A program made the position numbers and the translations under genes. This document shows positions 39,916 through 54,599 of a stretch of DNA of 64,000 nucleotides, in pieces. Every line of letters starts with the position of its first letter. Position 1 is the first letter of the stretch. Location of the stretch: the NCBI GenBank assembly GCA_951406725.2, contig OX597826.1, positions 43,834,001 through 43,898,000 on the forward strand, read 5' to 3'. Under the pieces are notes generated by a model. The model was given only the letters and a program-made list of their open reading frames with translations. It was not told where the DNA came from and made no database searches. Source of the stretch: Octopus vulgaris. Lineage: Eukaryota.

Positions 39916-40039
39916 CAGCAGCAGCTGTAGTAGTAGTAGTAAATGGAGGGGGAGGAAGGGAGGAGAAGAAGAACAAAGAATGAAAGAAAGAAAGTAAGAA
40001 AGACAGAAAGAAAGAAAGAAAGGAAGAAAGAAAGATGAT

Positions 40040-40495
40040 CTCGACAAAAGAATTTGATAAGCTCAAAAAATATATAAATTTACTTATCGAAATCGAAAAG
40101 ATGTGGTATCTCAAGACGGTTACAATACCAATGATTGTAGGAGCATTTGGAATGATCAAAAAAAGGAACTGAATATTATTTAAGAATGATCCCTGGCTTA
40201 CCATCCATACGGGAAGTGCAAAAGATTGTCTTAACTGGTACGTCACACTTATTGAGAAGAGCATTGTCGCTGTGAAATTTCCTTCCCTTTCCCCACCTTT
40301 ATTTTATTTGTTTGCTTTCTATTTTTTTTATTTTTCCTTTTCCCTCTGTCTTCCCCTTTTTCTCTATCACATGACTTTGAAAATGTACAATCAGGTGTGT
40401 TGATTTTAACGGCCTACCAATATATACAGTACGTTTCTCTGTCCTATGTGTCAGGAAGGCACTCAGCAAGAAATGGAAACAGAATCGAAAGATGC

Positions 40496-40497
<2 letters not shown>
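40040..40497 (+). mobile_element. Dong/R4-like 3' fragment (third subfamily)
   Basis: KEFDKLKKYINLLIEIEKMWYLKTVTIPMIVGAFGMIKKG...VQKIVLTGTSHLLRRALSL*, then UTR and (TAA)n. Confidence 0.8.
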
Positions 40498-40574
<77 letters not shown>

Positions 40575-40600
40575 AATAGCGTTTAACCAGAGAACACCAA

Positions 40601-40631
<31 letters not shown>

Positions 40632-40685
40632 CAGCAATAATAATAGTAATAATAATCATAATCATAATAATACAAATATAGATAT

Positions 40686-40855
40686 ATATAACATACATAA
40701 AATTGCGCTCCTAAGCACTGCACACATCCTACGTAAAACACTCTCAATACAGTAACCATAAGAGCATCACAACAAACCACGGTAAATACCCAAGATACAC
40801 AGAACTGCACTCGGTAGTGAAGTGAAAGCACAATATAAAAATAAAACTACTGAAC
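40686..40855 (+). mobile_element. Dong/R4-like extreme 3' end (same subfamily as 1892-2782)
   Basis: YNIHKIALLSTAHILRKTLSIQ* and a UTR nearly identical to 2616-2782, followed by (AAT)n. Confidence 0.9.
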
Positions 40856-40932
<77 letters not shown>

Positions 40933-40935
40933 TAT

Positions 40936-41039
<104 letters not shown>

Positions 41040-41046
41040 CAACAAC

Positions 41047-41123
<77 letters not shown>

Positions 41124-41434
41124 CGTTTAACGAGAGAACACTGGGGATGTTTAATATGCAAGAGCGATAAAACACAGCTCCGAAACCGATCCAAAAACAT
41201 CGCGAATAAAGACAGCAAATGGAGCCTAAAATAACTGACAAAGTGTTGGACTATATCCGAGTAAGTAATACTCATTAAAATTTATATCTAATTTCCGAAT
41301 GAAACGACGTATTTTAACGATGTATATTAACACATTTTCATATTTCAAAATAACATTAAGTAATTTATAGACAAGCGCACGCACACACATACACGAATCG
41401 AATAAAAACAAACTACAAAAACTAGTCATTGTGG

Positions 41435-41483
<49 letters not shown>

Positions 41484-41583
41484 CCACGGCATTCTACAAA
41501 TATATACCGCCCACGGAAAAAATAGGGGTGGATATCTGTTTTTTTTTTGTTTGTTACTTTGTCTTGTTTGACTACATCTCGTT

Positions 41584-41883
41584 AAATATGTCAGGTTAGC
41601 TTGGGAGGTTAAGCAGTAGTGGTCACTGAAAAAAGGTGGTAGTAGCATCAATAATTGTCGGAGCCCTTGAAATAGTGAGTAAGAATCTTGAGAAGTACAT
41701 GGAACAAATAGGGGATGTAATAAGAGTGGAGCACTTGCACTTGCAGAAAACAGCACCGCTTGGAACCGCTCGAATACTCCTGATGGTCCTCGAAAAATAA
41801 GGAGTATTACCTTAGTTCACTGATAGTTAACAGCTGGTACCATAGTACATCTCCAGCCTTAGAAACTGTGCAAAGACATTAAA
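41584..41883 (+). mobile_element. Dong/R4-like 3' fragment (related to 2986-3232 type)
   Basis: KYVRLAWEVKQ*WSLKK...IIVGALEIVSKNLEKYMEQIG...LQKTAPLGTARILLMVLEK*, followed by (CAA)/(TAA)n. Confidence 0.8.
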
Positions 41884-41897
41884 ACAACAACAACAAC

Positions 41898-41932
<35 letters not shown>

Positions 41933-42354
41933 AAGGACGATCGGAACTGTGCATAGAACCTAATGTTGTATATTTTGATATGTATATGAGGATAATTTTC
42001 TTGGTATATTTATATCAATCTTTACCAAATTTATTAACCTTTGTATGTGGAAATGTAACACGTTCGGTACTTTCTTCTGAGCGATTAGATTTTGTTTCCA
42101 TGAATATTTGTGGTGAATATTCAACTGCCTCAAAAACATGAAGCCGCCAACTGTAAATGTTTTCTGCAGTATGGCTCACTTTACCATCGGACAACTTGCC
42201 AGAAACCCTAGCCAATACATTCCAACTCTTTGTCATACAAACACACCTGAGGCTGCTCCTTGGTTCTATAATACTAACTTCCTGTTTTAAAGTGATCGAA
42301 TTCAAACGTTTCCATTAAAATTTCCTGTTATGTTCCGTGTAAATAGAAAAAAAT

Positions 42355-42606
42355 AAATGTGCCCTTTTTAAAGCATAGCGAGGCTCATGAGCCCGGTTTC
42401 CCGGTTTCAATGGCGTATGTGTTCCCCAGTTGGACGGAACGCCAGTCCATCGCAGCGTTACTCATTTTTGCCAGCTGTGTGGACTGGAGCAACGTGAAAT
42501 GAAGTGTTTTGCTCAAGAACACAACGTGTCGCCCGATCCAGGAATCGAAACCACAATCTTACCATCATGATGCTGACACCATAACCACTAAGCCACGCGC
42601 CTCCAC
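42355..42606 (-). mobile_element. SINE group A (body 2 + tail 2)
   Basis: GTGGAGGCGCGTGGCTTAGTGG head, GTGTTCTTGAGCAAAACAC body; tail as in 8670-8775. Confidence 0.85.
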
Positions 42607-42996
42607 TTATGTTCCATGTGCCAGCTTTATAATGAAGAAATTGTTTTACTAACTTCAAATTAATACAAGCAAAGTCATATTTTCAAAGAATTATATCAAC
42701 AAATGAGTGAAATACTACGATATCATCTCAACAAAAGGAAGAAACCATTGGCAATGCTGTACAGAATACTTGTAGGAAAATACTGTGTTCACAGCTGTAA
42801 TGGTTTTGGCCATAGGGCTGCCTAATCATTATTTACCATGAGTCAGACAAAAATAAGAACACTGGAAAGCTAATGATTTAGCATTGATAATAGGGACTGT
42901 GAAGATTTTTTTAGTCTGTGAGTGGTGGAGAGGAGTGTAGTGCCAACTATTTGAAATCCCTGCAGAATGATATTGTTCCAAAGATCCTTATTAAGA

Positions 42997-43152
42997 CGCA
43001 GGCGTGGGCGTGTGATTGGAAATTTACTTTTCAGCCACGTGGTTTAGAGTTACTCACACTGCGTTGTACCCTAGGCGACTGTCTCCTAAAAACCTCGGGA
43101 TAACCAAAGCCTTGTGAGTGGATTAGATAGACGAAACTAAAAGAAGGTTGTC

Positions 43153-43227
<75 letters not shown>

Positions 43228-43383
43228 CGTATCTATCTATCTATCTAATTCTTTGCCTTTCATCCTTTCGGGGTCGATAAATTAAGTACCAGTTACGCAC
43301 TGGGGTCGATGCAATCGACTTAAATCCCTTTGTCTGTCCTTGTTTGTCCCCTCTGTGTTTAGCCCCTTGTGGGTAATAAAGAA

Positions 43384-43461
<78 letters not shown>

Positions 43462-43502
43462 GTATGTATGTATCTATCTATCTATCTATCTATCTATGTA
43501 TG

Positions 43503-43541
<39 letters not shown>

Positions 43542-43783
43542 TTATTTATCTACCTGTGCGTGCGCGCGTGTATGTAGTTTCTGTATTCCCCAACACCGCT
43601 TGACAACCGTTGTTGGTGTGTTTATTTTCCCGTAAATTAACGGTTCGCCAAATGGGGCCGATAGAATAAATACCAGGCTAAAAAAAATAATAATGGGGTC
43701 AATTAGTCCGAGTGAAATTCTTCAAGGGGGTGCTCCAGCATGGCTGCAGTCTAATGACTGAAACAATTAAAAGATAAAAGAGA
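42997..43783 (+). mobile_element. SINE group B with a 5'-truncated Meta-SINE (43251-43385) nested in its (CTAT)n
   Basis: SINE B head to GAAAGAAG, then (CTAT)n, Meta box + young tail, (CTAT)n, SINE B tail. Confidence 0.8.
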
Positions 43784-45639
43784 TTAATATTTTCGAACAC
43801 CAGTCCAAGTATTGAGAAATATCTTTCTAATGGGCGTTGCTGAAGTCAGAAAGGAAAAAAGGAACGTTGAAGTACAACGTGGAGAGTATGACATCGTGTG
43901 TCTAGATATAGAAGACAGCTAAAAGCTTAAAGTAAGAAAATATACCAGGAGTAACGAGCTTTGCTGTAAGATTTTGGCAATAGTCTTTTACAACAAAAGT
44001 CTGAAACATACTGAAAGTTACCTCCCGTTGCTCCATAGATGGTGCACAAGCAGTCATACTACTTTAAGCAGATCTTTTTCTTTTCGTTTTTATAAAACTG
44101 ATGGAATCCAAGGGCGTTCAAGCTACTTTTAATGCATTTTTATTTTATGTTAATTACCTTAATTACACCGGTATATAAAATTATCTGATGTTTACTTTCA
44201 GCAATTTACTGCATCTGTGAGCACCAGAAAACTTTCAAAAATTTCATAGATAATTTTTTAAAAAATTAGTAACATAGGTTTATGACAACAAAATGAAAAA
44301 TTTAGGGAAACAACACCATTATTACGTGAAATAATAAAACATAGTTCTAAATTAGAAACAGTTCCATATATATTAACTTAATACGTAAATCAAAGGTTAA
44401 TCTATTATGATTCCATAAAATATTTATTTTTACAGTTCTTTTATCAAAAACGAGTAATGATGTTTGTCATTAGATACTGAAATGATATATTTTTACGACC
44501 ATTGATCCATATATACGATATTTTTATGAGAGATTTTGTGAGAAGAGTTCATTTTCCGAGCTGAATTGTACGATGTGTTTAAGGTCTTAATTACATAGCT
44601 TTGGCAACCTCGGAAAATGTCAGCTCACTCATAAACATTTAAAATAGAGGTTAAATGTTTCTCTCGTGAGAAATAACTGCTGCAATAATATTCCTGAAAT
44701 TTGAGAATACATTTAGGCTTTCTTAACTCATAAAGATTCTTTAGCCAGTTACGCTATGATGGATGTGTTTAGAGATATATCTAACTAGTCACGGAATAAT
44801 AAGGTTTTGATATAATTTGTAGTTCCTAACACAATAGAGTAATCTATATACTAAAAGAAGTGAGCTATATTCAGCAACATCGTCATATATTTCAAACAAT
44901 TGTGAAAATTGTGCGCTGTATGATCCTCAACAAATGTTTTCCAATCGTTTTTTAAGACTTCCTTGAAAGGATTTCATGATCTTTCGTTTTAAATTTTAAA
45001 AATACAAATAATTATATATATAAATAAATATAATCAATTTTTGAAAGATAACTTCAATTCTTACAAGTCTTCTGGATAAAATTTAATAACAATTAACTGA
45101 TTAAAGAAAGCAGAAATACAAAAACAAATAAGACCAAAACAAAACAAAAGAACAAAATGATGCATGAATCATTGGCCAATCGTTTAAGACGTTCTTTGGC
45201 TTGAAGCAATGACTGTCATATTGGCACCAATGTTTCACACATTACAGCAAGTGTCCGTTTTCCCCTTTCGGCTTAGGATCCGCTGAAAATGCATTTTACA
45301 ACCCGACTGTTTTAAATTCATTTAATTAAAGCTGTGAGATTTCAAATACTGAAAAATAGTAATAGTGTTATGTAATTTACAGAATAATAATTACAGTCTA
45401 TTGCGTAATATATTAAAGAAAATTTAGAAACTATCGTATGTCATATACATGCATGCATACATATATTTATATACATTCGTGTGTATGTGTGTACTTTCAT
45501 ATACGTATGCATATATGTATATGACCTACGTTATACACTTAAATATACATGTTTACATAGGTACATGCATACATACATACATACATCCACACACATATAT
45601 ACATTTATCTATATTCTGTAGATGTAATGAACGTTAAAA

Positions 45640-46160
45640 AGGATATCACAAGAGGAAGACACTTTCACGAACCAAGACAAGGTATTAGCTTAACGCTTTA
45701 ATGAAAAGTCAATGTACATTAACGTTTCGAACATTAGTCATTCATCAAAAGAAATATAAGAGAATCATAGAGGAAGTTAGAAAGATATCTCGAAACAAAG
45801 AAATTAAGCGGATATCTAGAAACCAGATGAAAATGATATTCTATGAGATGAGTGGAAGAAGCATGTATAACAGTGTATCGGTGTCTGAAAGGAGACATGG
45901 TGTGGGGAGGGATGTCGTGTTAGGCGTGTATACGTATGTGCATACATTTGTGGAAAGGTGGAATGTGTAGTGGATGTATGGACGTTGGTATATTTGTGTA
46001 ATCGTTCGTGCTGTGAGAACTTGTACTTAAGGAAGTAAAAGCGGGTAGCGGGTTAGGGTGTTAAGTAAATAAAGATATTGGTGAAGCAAATGGAATGACA
46101 TGAGAAATGCAGAAATTGTTGCTGGTGAATGTGTAAACGCCAGGAGTAACTAGGTATGTG
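45640..46160 (-). mobile_element. degenerate Penelope-like remnant with hammerhead motif
   Basis: tt-TTGATGA-At-GAC-taat-GTT-c-GAAA-CG-TTA at 45717-45751. Weak GIY-YIG-like HFSCHSICFTNIFIY upstream. Confidence 0.4.
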
Positions 46161-46305
46161 AAATATGTATCTGTATATAAATTTCTCTATGTATGTATGT
46201 ATGTATGTATGTATGTATGTATGTATGTATGTATGTATGTATGTATGTATGTACGTATGTATGTACATATGTATGTATGTGCGTATGTATACATATATAT
46301 ACATG

Positions 46306-46336
<31 letters not shown>

Positions 46337-47689
46337 TGTATGTATGTATGTATGTGTGTATGTATGTATGTATGTATGTGTGTATGTATGTATGTTTGTA
46401 AGCATCGATCGATCTATCTATCTTTCCCTCTTTCTCTCTTTTGCTTTGTATATATATGTATATATATGTGTGTGTGAGAGAGAGAGAGAGCGAGAGAGAG
46501 GGAGAGAGGGGGGAGAGAGAGAAACCATCTTCTTTCTCCTGTTGGCTTCCGAATGTTTGAGGAGTATGTCATGTTCTTTCCTTGTCAACAAAACTTTAAG
46601 GCGAGGAGCTAAGTCGACCTTATAAGTCAATAAATACTACTCAAATTATATGTATTTGAACACCCACTCGTATACGCACACAAAAACACACATGCATACT
46701 CACAAACACACATGCACACTCACAAACACACATGCACACTCACATAAATATACAATCATATATGAAATCGCATTTGTTCAAATATTTCTCATTTCCAATA
46801 TCCTAATATTCATGTACATTGATCTTTCCTTTACAGAAATTTAACCAAGATACTCTACGCATCACATATATTTGCCAGAAATATTTATATACATATATTT
46901 TCATACTTGTCCTTGTTAATAAGCGTAACCAGATTGTATGCATTTCTAAAGGACTATCGCTAAGACCATTAACGTAATAAGGAAATAATCCAAAATTTGT
47001 TTCAGTTTAAAGAATTCTGAGCTGTATTATGGATAAAAGCATTAGTTCATGGAAATATTAGCAATTCATTTGTAATTATCTGTAATTACTTGAACTTTTT
47101 CATCAAGAAAATGCATTTTAATGGACTGTTTTCAGGCCCTACCAATTAGAAGAATGGAATACCAAGCGTCTTATTAATTTTAGAATTGACTGAAGAAATT
47201 GGAAACAGTAAGTCTTCAGGCAAAACTAGTTTCTGTGTAATAGTAGTATGGTCCTATCTTGGCGGGTGTTGTATTAAAGAATCATGTAAATGAATAGGAA
47301 AGATGGACATTTTGTGTCATATAGGTGTAATTAAAGCAATGTCGATATACATACGCACACAGACGCACATACACACAAACACACATACACAGACAGACAG
47401 GTACACACGCACACACACAGACACACACACACACACACACATACATACACACACAAACCTATGCATATATATGTATATGCGAGCAAAACGCCCCCCGTCC
47501 AATCGACAGAGCTGAGTTGTCAAACATTTAAACCAAATTTTCTCAAAACAACTTGTCCGTCCGTCCCTTTGAGAAATACTGATTGAACCTAAATTCGAGA
47601 CACCAGCAAAAGAGGAAATAAAGATAGACTTTTTTCTATTCCAAAGAAAAACGATTTCCCACGGCTTTATCGATCGAGATCCTTGACGC

Positions 47690-47720
<31 letters not shown>

Positions 47721-47745
47721 CGGATTTTATATAAGAGAATATATA

Positions 47746-48633
47746 CAGGGTGTCCCAAAAGTCACTGAGGGGTTTCTATTTTTAGTATCTTCCCTAAGTT
47801 TAGAAATAAATGCAGGACATTTTGATACAATATAAAGAACATAATGGAAATTAATATGCACAAGTCAAATTTTGCAACACAACTACATCACATATGAAAA
47901 ATAACAAGGCTTAAATGGCAGCTATTTTCGGCTTCGCACGCCTGTGCTCTTTCCAAAACTTGCACCATAACATCCTCAAGAGTTTCAGACCACACTTCTC
48001 TAATTTCTCTATTGGTGTTCTCCTTCAGTTGCACCAGGGTCTCCGGTTTGTTGACGTAAACCTTCTCTTTCAGATATCCCCACAAGAAAAAATCCAGGCT
48101 AATCAAGTCTGGGGAACGTGAAGGCCATTCAAAGAAGACCTCACACATGGTTCCAGGAAGATGGGACAACTGATTATACGGCAAGAGAAACAATGCAGTT
48201 ACTACGGAGGTACTTTGGTGAGAGAGTAAAATCCCGCTACGGCAATGTCAACTGGCCTTAACGTTCCCCAAACTTGACTAGCACGGATTTTTCTTGTGGA
48301 GATACCTGAAAGAGAGGGTTTACGCCAACAAACCGGAGACCCTGGTGCAACTGAAGGAGAACATCAATAGAAAAATTAGAGAAGTGGGATCTTAAAATCT
48401 TGAGGGTGTTATGGTGCAAGTTTTGGAAAGAGCACGGGCGTGCGAAGCCGAAAATGGCTGCCATTTAAGCGATGCTATTTTTCGTTTGTAATGTAGTGGT
48501 GTTGCAAAATTTGACTTACGTATATTAATTTCCATTATGTCCTTTATATTGTATTAAAATATCATGTATTTATTTGTAAACTTAAGGAAGTTATTAAAAA
48601 TTGAAATCCATCAGTGACTTTTGGGACACCTTA
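47746..48633. mobile_element. fold-back Tc1/mariner-superfamily derivative made of two inverted transposase 3' ends
   Basis: TA|CAGGGTGTCCCAAAAGTCACTGA...TCAGTGACTTTTGGGACACC. Both ~380-bp arms encode a WPSRSPDL..LDFFLWGYLKE.VY-type segment. Confidence 0.9.
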
Positions 48634-49861
48634 TATATGCGGTATTAAATAAAAAAATTAAATTAAAAAACTGAAAGATAAATCTGAGATTAAATAAACA
48701 TTTAATCATCCACATTAGAGCTACAAAATATTTTTTCCTGGACACAAGCACTCACATACACACCACACGCATATGTATACACGTTGGTTTATGCCGGAAA
48801 AATGAGAGAGGAGTGCTTAATATATGTGGAGGTATAGCTTTTGGCGTTTTCATCTGAAGATCGCAGTTGCATGAAACGCTAGTTTTGAAACAAACTCTTA
48901 GATTCAGTGTTTCTTTCTTTAAGATATATATATATATATATACCGAAAATATTACGTTTGTTTGATACACAGACGCTAAATTATTTCTTTCCGTCCCAGA
49001 ATGACACACCAGACATCAGTTGTATGTACTACAAAATCCGTTTACTGCATTACGGTACTGCACATGATACCCACAATTCATTGTTCATCTCTACAGAAGA
49101 TTATCTGCAAAAAAAAAAAAAAATGAGAAAAAATTATCAAAAACAACGATAAAAAATGGAAACCACAACATGTTTTATATATACTACAAGCAAATAAAAA
49201 AGATGGAGAACGCAAAATATTTATCAAAACAAAGGTAAGATAAAAAATATATTTAAAAATTGATGGGATTAGGAAATCTGCCAGGGAATGAAAAGAATGT
49301 AGAAACAAAGATATACAATGTATATACCAAAAATAAAAGAACACTTCGCCTGCTTTCGTTATAGGTAGTTCTATGTTTCTAGGCTGAGAATTATTATAAC
49401 ATTGTGTTTAGTGGAACCTATTCAAGTAGAAAACCCTACAACCAGACATCTATAGCAGTTTGATACCATCAAACACCTACCTACGTGTACTTATCTTCAA
49501 ACGTGCCTGCTTACGCTTACATGACCAAACACACAAATGCGAGCTGCCCAATAAACATAAAACCATGCATCTGCTATTTTTTTTTCTTCTCCACAGTGAG
49601 GCATTGCGTCTTTCTCACGCACATGGCATTGCATTTGTCTGGAAATATATATATATACATACACACATACATACATATATACATACATACATACACACAA
49701 CACTCACACACACACACACATATACATATAAATATATATAAATATATATATATATATATACACATATGCATATATATATATATATATATACATATATATT
49801 TATATATATGCATACGTATATATAAGTACATATGTGTGTGTTTGTGCTTCTGCGGTATATG

Positions 49862-49930
<69 letters not shown>

Positions 49931-50469
49931 CACATACACGCACAAACACATATTCCTATATAAATATATATACATATAGATATATATCCATATATATATT
50001 TATGTGCGCGTGTGTGTGAATATATATATATACTTACAAAGAGTAGCATATATATATGTGTGCACGTATGTATGTGCGTTACGATTCCGACAAAAAGGAA
50101 AGTGGTAATTGGAAAAAGGTGAGTATATGTATATTTCATGGGAATGGAAACATTCACACTCACACACACACACACACACACACATACACACACATATATA
50201 CACACATACACAAACTCATACACATAAACACACACAAACACACACGCAAATACACTCACATAACAGTGTGCATGTATGCATGGATATATATATATATATA
50301 TATATATAAACACGAGTATATATATACTCACACATACACACACACATATATATATATAAACATATATATATAAACATATATATATACCTATGCATATATG
50401 TATTTATATATATATATATATACACATATACATATACATATATGTATATATATGTATACATAAACATAT

Positions 50470-50500
<31 letters not shown>

Positions 50501-50900
50501 TGCACATATATATGCACATATATATACACATGTATCTACGCATACATGGTATAGAGTGCAGTAGAGAGGAAGCAATGTATATATTATTCACTTGGTTTGT
50601 AACATGCCAAGCAACGAGGCTAAATAAGAAAATAAACACGAAAAATATATTCGCGATGTATCACTGCATGTAAGTGCAATGTTTATGTGAGTCTACGTAG
50701 ATGCACTGATGTATACAGAATTCATTTGTTTGCCAATATACACACATGTCCTCATACATATGTATAATACATTTATCTCATCACTGTTTCCAAATGTATA
50801 CGTCCATGCATATGCAAAATACGCATGTTTATGTACGTGTGTACTTGTATGTGTTTATGAATAGCTTTATATATATATACCATTATGCATTTGTATATAT

Positions 50901-51012
<112 letters not shown>

Positions 51013-51112
51013 GTATATATATAATATGTGCTTATGCACACACACTGACATTGCACATATCTATAACTTAAACTTCTAACTTGCTCTTTCTCTCTACTTC
51101 TCTCTCTTTATA

Positions 51113-51159
<47 letters not shown>

Positions 51160-51180
51160 GCATATATATACATATATATA

Positions 51181-51219
<39 letters not shown>

Positions 51220-51221
51220 GC

Positions 51222-51254
<33 letters not shown>

Positions 51255-52316
51255 CATATATATGTCTCTTGAGGAGACCCCTACATATCTGTATGCTTGT
51301 GTGTATACACACACACACACACACACAGAGAAACGCACATGTATATATTTATATATACATACACACACATACACACGCTTGCATGTATATATATTATACC
51401 ATGTATGCAAATGCGTGGGTGCGCGTGTATACGTGCATCTATGTGTATCTGTAAATGTGTTTGTTAAAAAGAATTACATATATATTTTTTAAAAGGTTAT
51501 GCTTGTAAAATTCTGTTTGTGTTATTTTTGCACAGATCGTTCGGATCGATAGCTAGATGCGATATTAAACAGACCTCGCTATATACACTGTCGGAGATAA
51601 AACTAGTTCAAATAAGATAAATAGCTTGGGAACCGGTTCACTATGTCAGTTGGAAGATAACAAAGGTACAGAAATCCTGTGTAAAAGATATAAGGTTTGA
51701 TTTTCATCTCGGAAATTTCACAATAATTCCTTCAAGTGTAGCTACCTGCTATGCGAAAACAGCTTTTGTTCTTTCTGCTTTGGCGTTATTTATCATTCAT
51801 GAATATTTATTTTTGTGCATTTGTATGTTTGGTTGTGTTTGTGATTGTGTGTGTGTGTGTGTGTGTGTGAGTGTTAGTTTGTGTGTGATGAGGTACACAG
51901 CCGTGCATGTACCAATTTCTACATTTTGTTATTATTTACGTTGTTCTTAACGTTCTTGCTGTGTTAGTGTTGTTACATTTGGTGTTGTTATTTGGAAGAG
52001 AAATCTCTGTATATATTGATGTGCATGGTTGGTAATCTAATCTTTCCTAGCTATATATATATGTATATATATATATATATATATATGCATGTATATATAT
52101 GTGTGTGAGTGTGTGCTTGTGTGTGTGTATTTATATATATATATATGTATATATATATATAATTTCAAAACGCTCATTTCCATACCTATGTGTATGACTG
52201 TATCCGTGTACCTATTTCTGTATGTATACATACATGCACACACACGTACACACGCACACATGTATTCATATATTTCTATATAAGTGTGTATAAATATATG
52301 TGTGTGTGTGTGTATA

Positions 52317-52386
<70 letters not shown>

Positions 52387-52634
52387 CATAAGTACATACA
52401 TTAGTATGAATGTATATATATAGGTAAGTTAGTACACTGGGGCAAAACAAGGTGATTCAAAATAGTCTTCAAATACCAAAAGCATTTGGTATTTTGGTAC
52501 TATTTTTTCATCTAGTTTTGCACTCATATGCTTACCTGTGTGTATATCGCTTCTTTTGCAACAGCAGATTGGAACTGAACGGCTGAAATTATCGATGAAG
52601 ATTACCAGGTCCTATTCAACAAAGGCTACTTATA

Positions 52635-52724
<90 letters not shown>

Positions 52725-52850
52725 ATATGCATGTATGTATATATGTATGTATATATATATGTATATATGCATATATATGTATATGTATATATATATGTAT
52801 ATATGTATATATGCATATATATATGTATATATACATACATACATACATTC

Positions 52851-52910
<60 letters not shown>

Positions 52911-52919
52911 CTGTGTGTG

Positions 52920-52967
<48 letters not shown>

Positions 52968-52968
52968 T

Positions 52969-53110
52969 AGGGAGAATTCACGGAAAAACAAAAGACGAAG
53001 ACGTGGTGTAGACAACAAACAGATGTATTAGTTTAACGCTCGGGAAGTGAAAAAGTCTTTAACATTTCGAGTCTACGCTCTTCCACAGAAAGGAACACAG
53101 AAAGAAACGA
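52969..53110 (-). mobile_element. Penelope-like terminal-repeat remnant (family of 21556-21760)
   Basis: ttt-CTGTGGA-A-GAGC-gtag-ACTC-GAAA-TG-TTA-aag at 53057-53091. Confidence 0.65.
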
Positions 53111-53319
53111 GAGAGAGAGAGAGAGAGAGAAAGAGAGGAGAGGGAGGGAGACATATAGTGAAATGCAGAAAGATGGATTGACAGGTAAAGTTGATATATG
53201 TATTTGTTGGTATGTGTATTCTAGTGGATGTATACCTATGTGCATGTGTACGCATGCATATACATGTGTGTATACATATAAATTTGCGCAAATATTTGTA
53301 GTTTTTCGATCAGAAGTGT

Positions 53320-53560
53320 ATATGTAAGAAACATATAGAACATATCCCGCAATTTTCCAGTGAAATCATGACTACTTCATTAGGTTTGAAGAATATTCTA
53401 TGGTTCTTGATGTTTTGTTGTTGAAAACGAAGCAATGTAGGTGATCCGACATAATTCCTGCTGTCAGATATTTTATAATAAATGAATGGATCTATCGTAG
53501 GAATATCATTGTAATAAGTAATATATGTGAAGGACACCTACTGCTTTGTCGCTGTCGTAG
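53320..53560 (-). pseudogene. degenerate GIY-YIG (Penelope-like endonuclease) fragment
   Basis: IYYKISDSRNYVGSPTLLRF...KNHRIFFK resembles IY...YIGST..FKxR..NH..SF. Confidence 0.35.
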
Positions 53561-53807
53561 TCAAATTGAAAGCGTCATAAGAGCCATGGAGATTTAGAAA
53601 CGGTGGTCGCCGACTTCAGTCGACATAGTTTGGTACCAGTGTTGCCACGGGAGTTGGTTTCAGATAGCAAAGAGCCTGAACAGTTACTGCAAAGTATCTT
53701 GGCCATTTGAACTCTTCTACGAAACCACTGTCCGAATTGATATTTCTGGGGATGGACATATTTTGCCAGTCAAACACTCGCTCTAGGTATTCGGTCTTCA
53801 ATTCAGT

Positions 53808-54062
53808 TTTATTATTATTATTTTAGTTTCTTTGTCAGAGTGTTTTCGTCACACATCCTGTGACCTCTTCAGCAATTCTCTATACCATGTGTTTCCTCTT
53901 GTTCAGCTTATTCCATTTCGAATAAGCAGACGTAGGATGTTTGACAAAGAAACTAAAATAATAATAACAATAAAGCTGAAGTCAAGACCAAATAAATATT
54001 GCGTGTGCGTAGTTGGCAAAATATGACCATCTCGAAATCTAGTAATATCTGTTTCAACACAA
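53808..54062 (-). mobile_element. Penelope-like remnant with partial inverted repeat and hammerhead core
   Basis: IR TTATTATTATTTTAGTTTCTTTGTCA / TGACAAAGAAACTAAAATAATAATAA. Minus strand has CTGAAGA-g-GTCAC..GTGAC-GAAA. Related to 63500-63790. Confidence 0.5.
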
Positions 54063-54149
54063 GAATATTGCAAAACACACATACACGATAAAAATGTACG
54101 TTGATTAGAATTCAGAACGTAGAGTGACCTCGTGAGCACCGCCAGCAAT

Positions 54150-54331
54150 TTTTTTTTCCTCTGTCTTCCCTTCTCGGGATCTTTCCTTCTCCTTTGTTTC
54201 CGACGAAGAGCTCCGCTCGAAACGTTAAAGCCTCCTTCTTCCCTTCTTTCCTGAGCGTCCAATGATACTTTATTTGTTCCACGTCCTCGCGATGGTGTGT
54301 TTTTTTTTGTGTTTTCTTGTTTGGATTAACT
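54150..54331 (+). mobile_element. Penelope-like terminal-repeat remnant with hammerhead motif
   Basis: ttt-CCGACGA-A-GAGC-tcc-GCTC-GAAA-CG-TTA-aag at 54197-54230, followed by (TA)n. Confidence 0.65.
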
Positions 54332-54396
54332 ATATATATATATATATATATATATTTAAAAAAAAGGAGATGTCGAACACGAGTGGTGATATATAA

Positions 54397-54599
54397 AAAA
54401 GGAAATGAAGAAAATGCTGACAAATAATTGAAGTAATTTAAGTAATTTAATTAGGTGAAAGTTCTATTTACCGGTTGCGCATTTGTTATGCTTATCAGCA
54501 TTTTGATAAGCATAACAAATGCGCAACCGGTAAATAGAACTTTCACCTAATTAAATTACTTAAATTACTTCAATTATTTGTCAGCATTTTCTTCATTTC

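Noticed and set aside
47478-47690. Possible promoter (GC-rich patch, CCAAT)
   Set aside because: Short motifs are expected by chance and no linked exon was identified.
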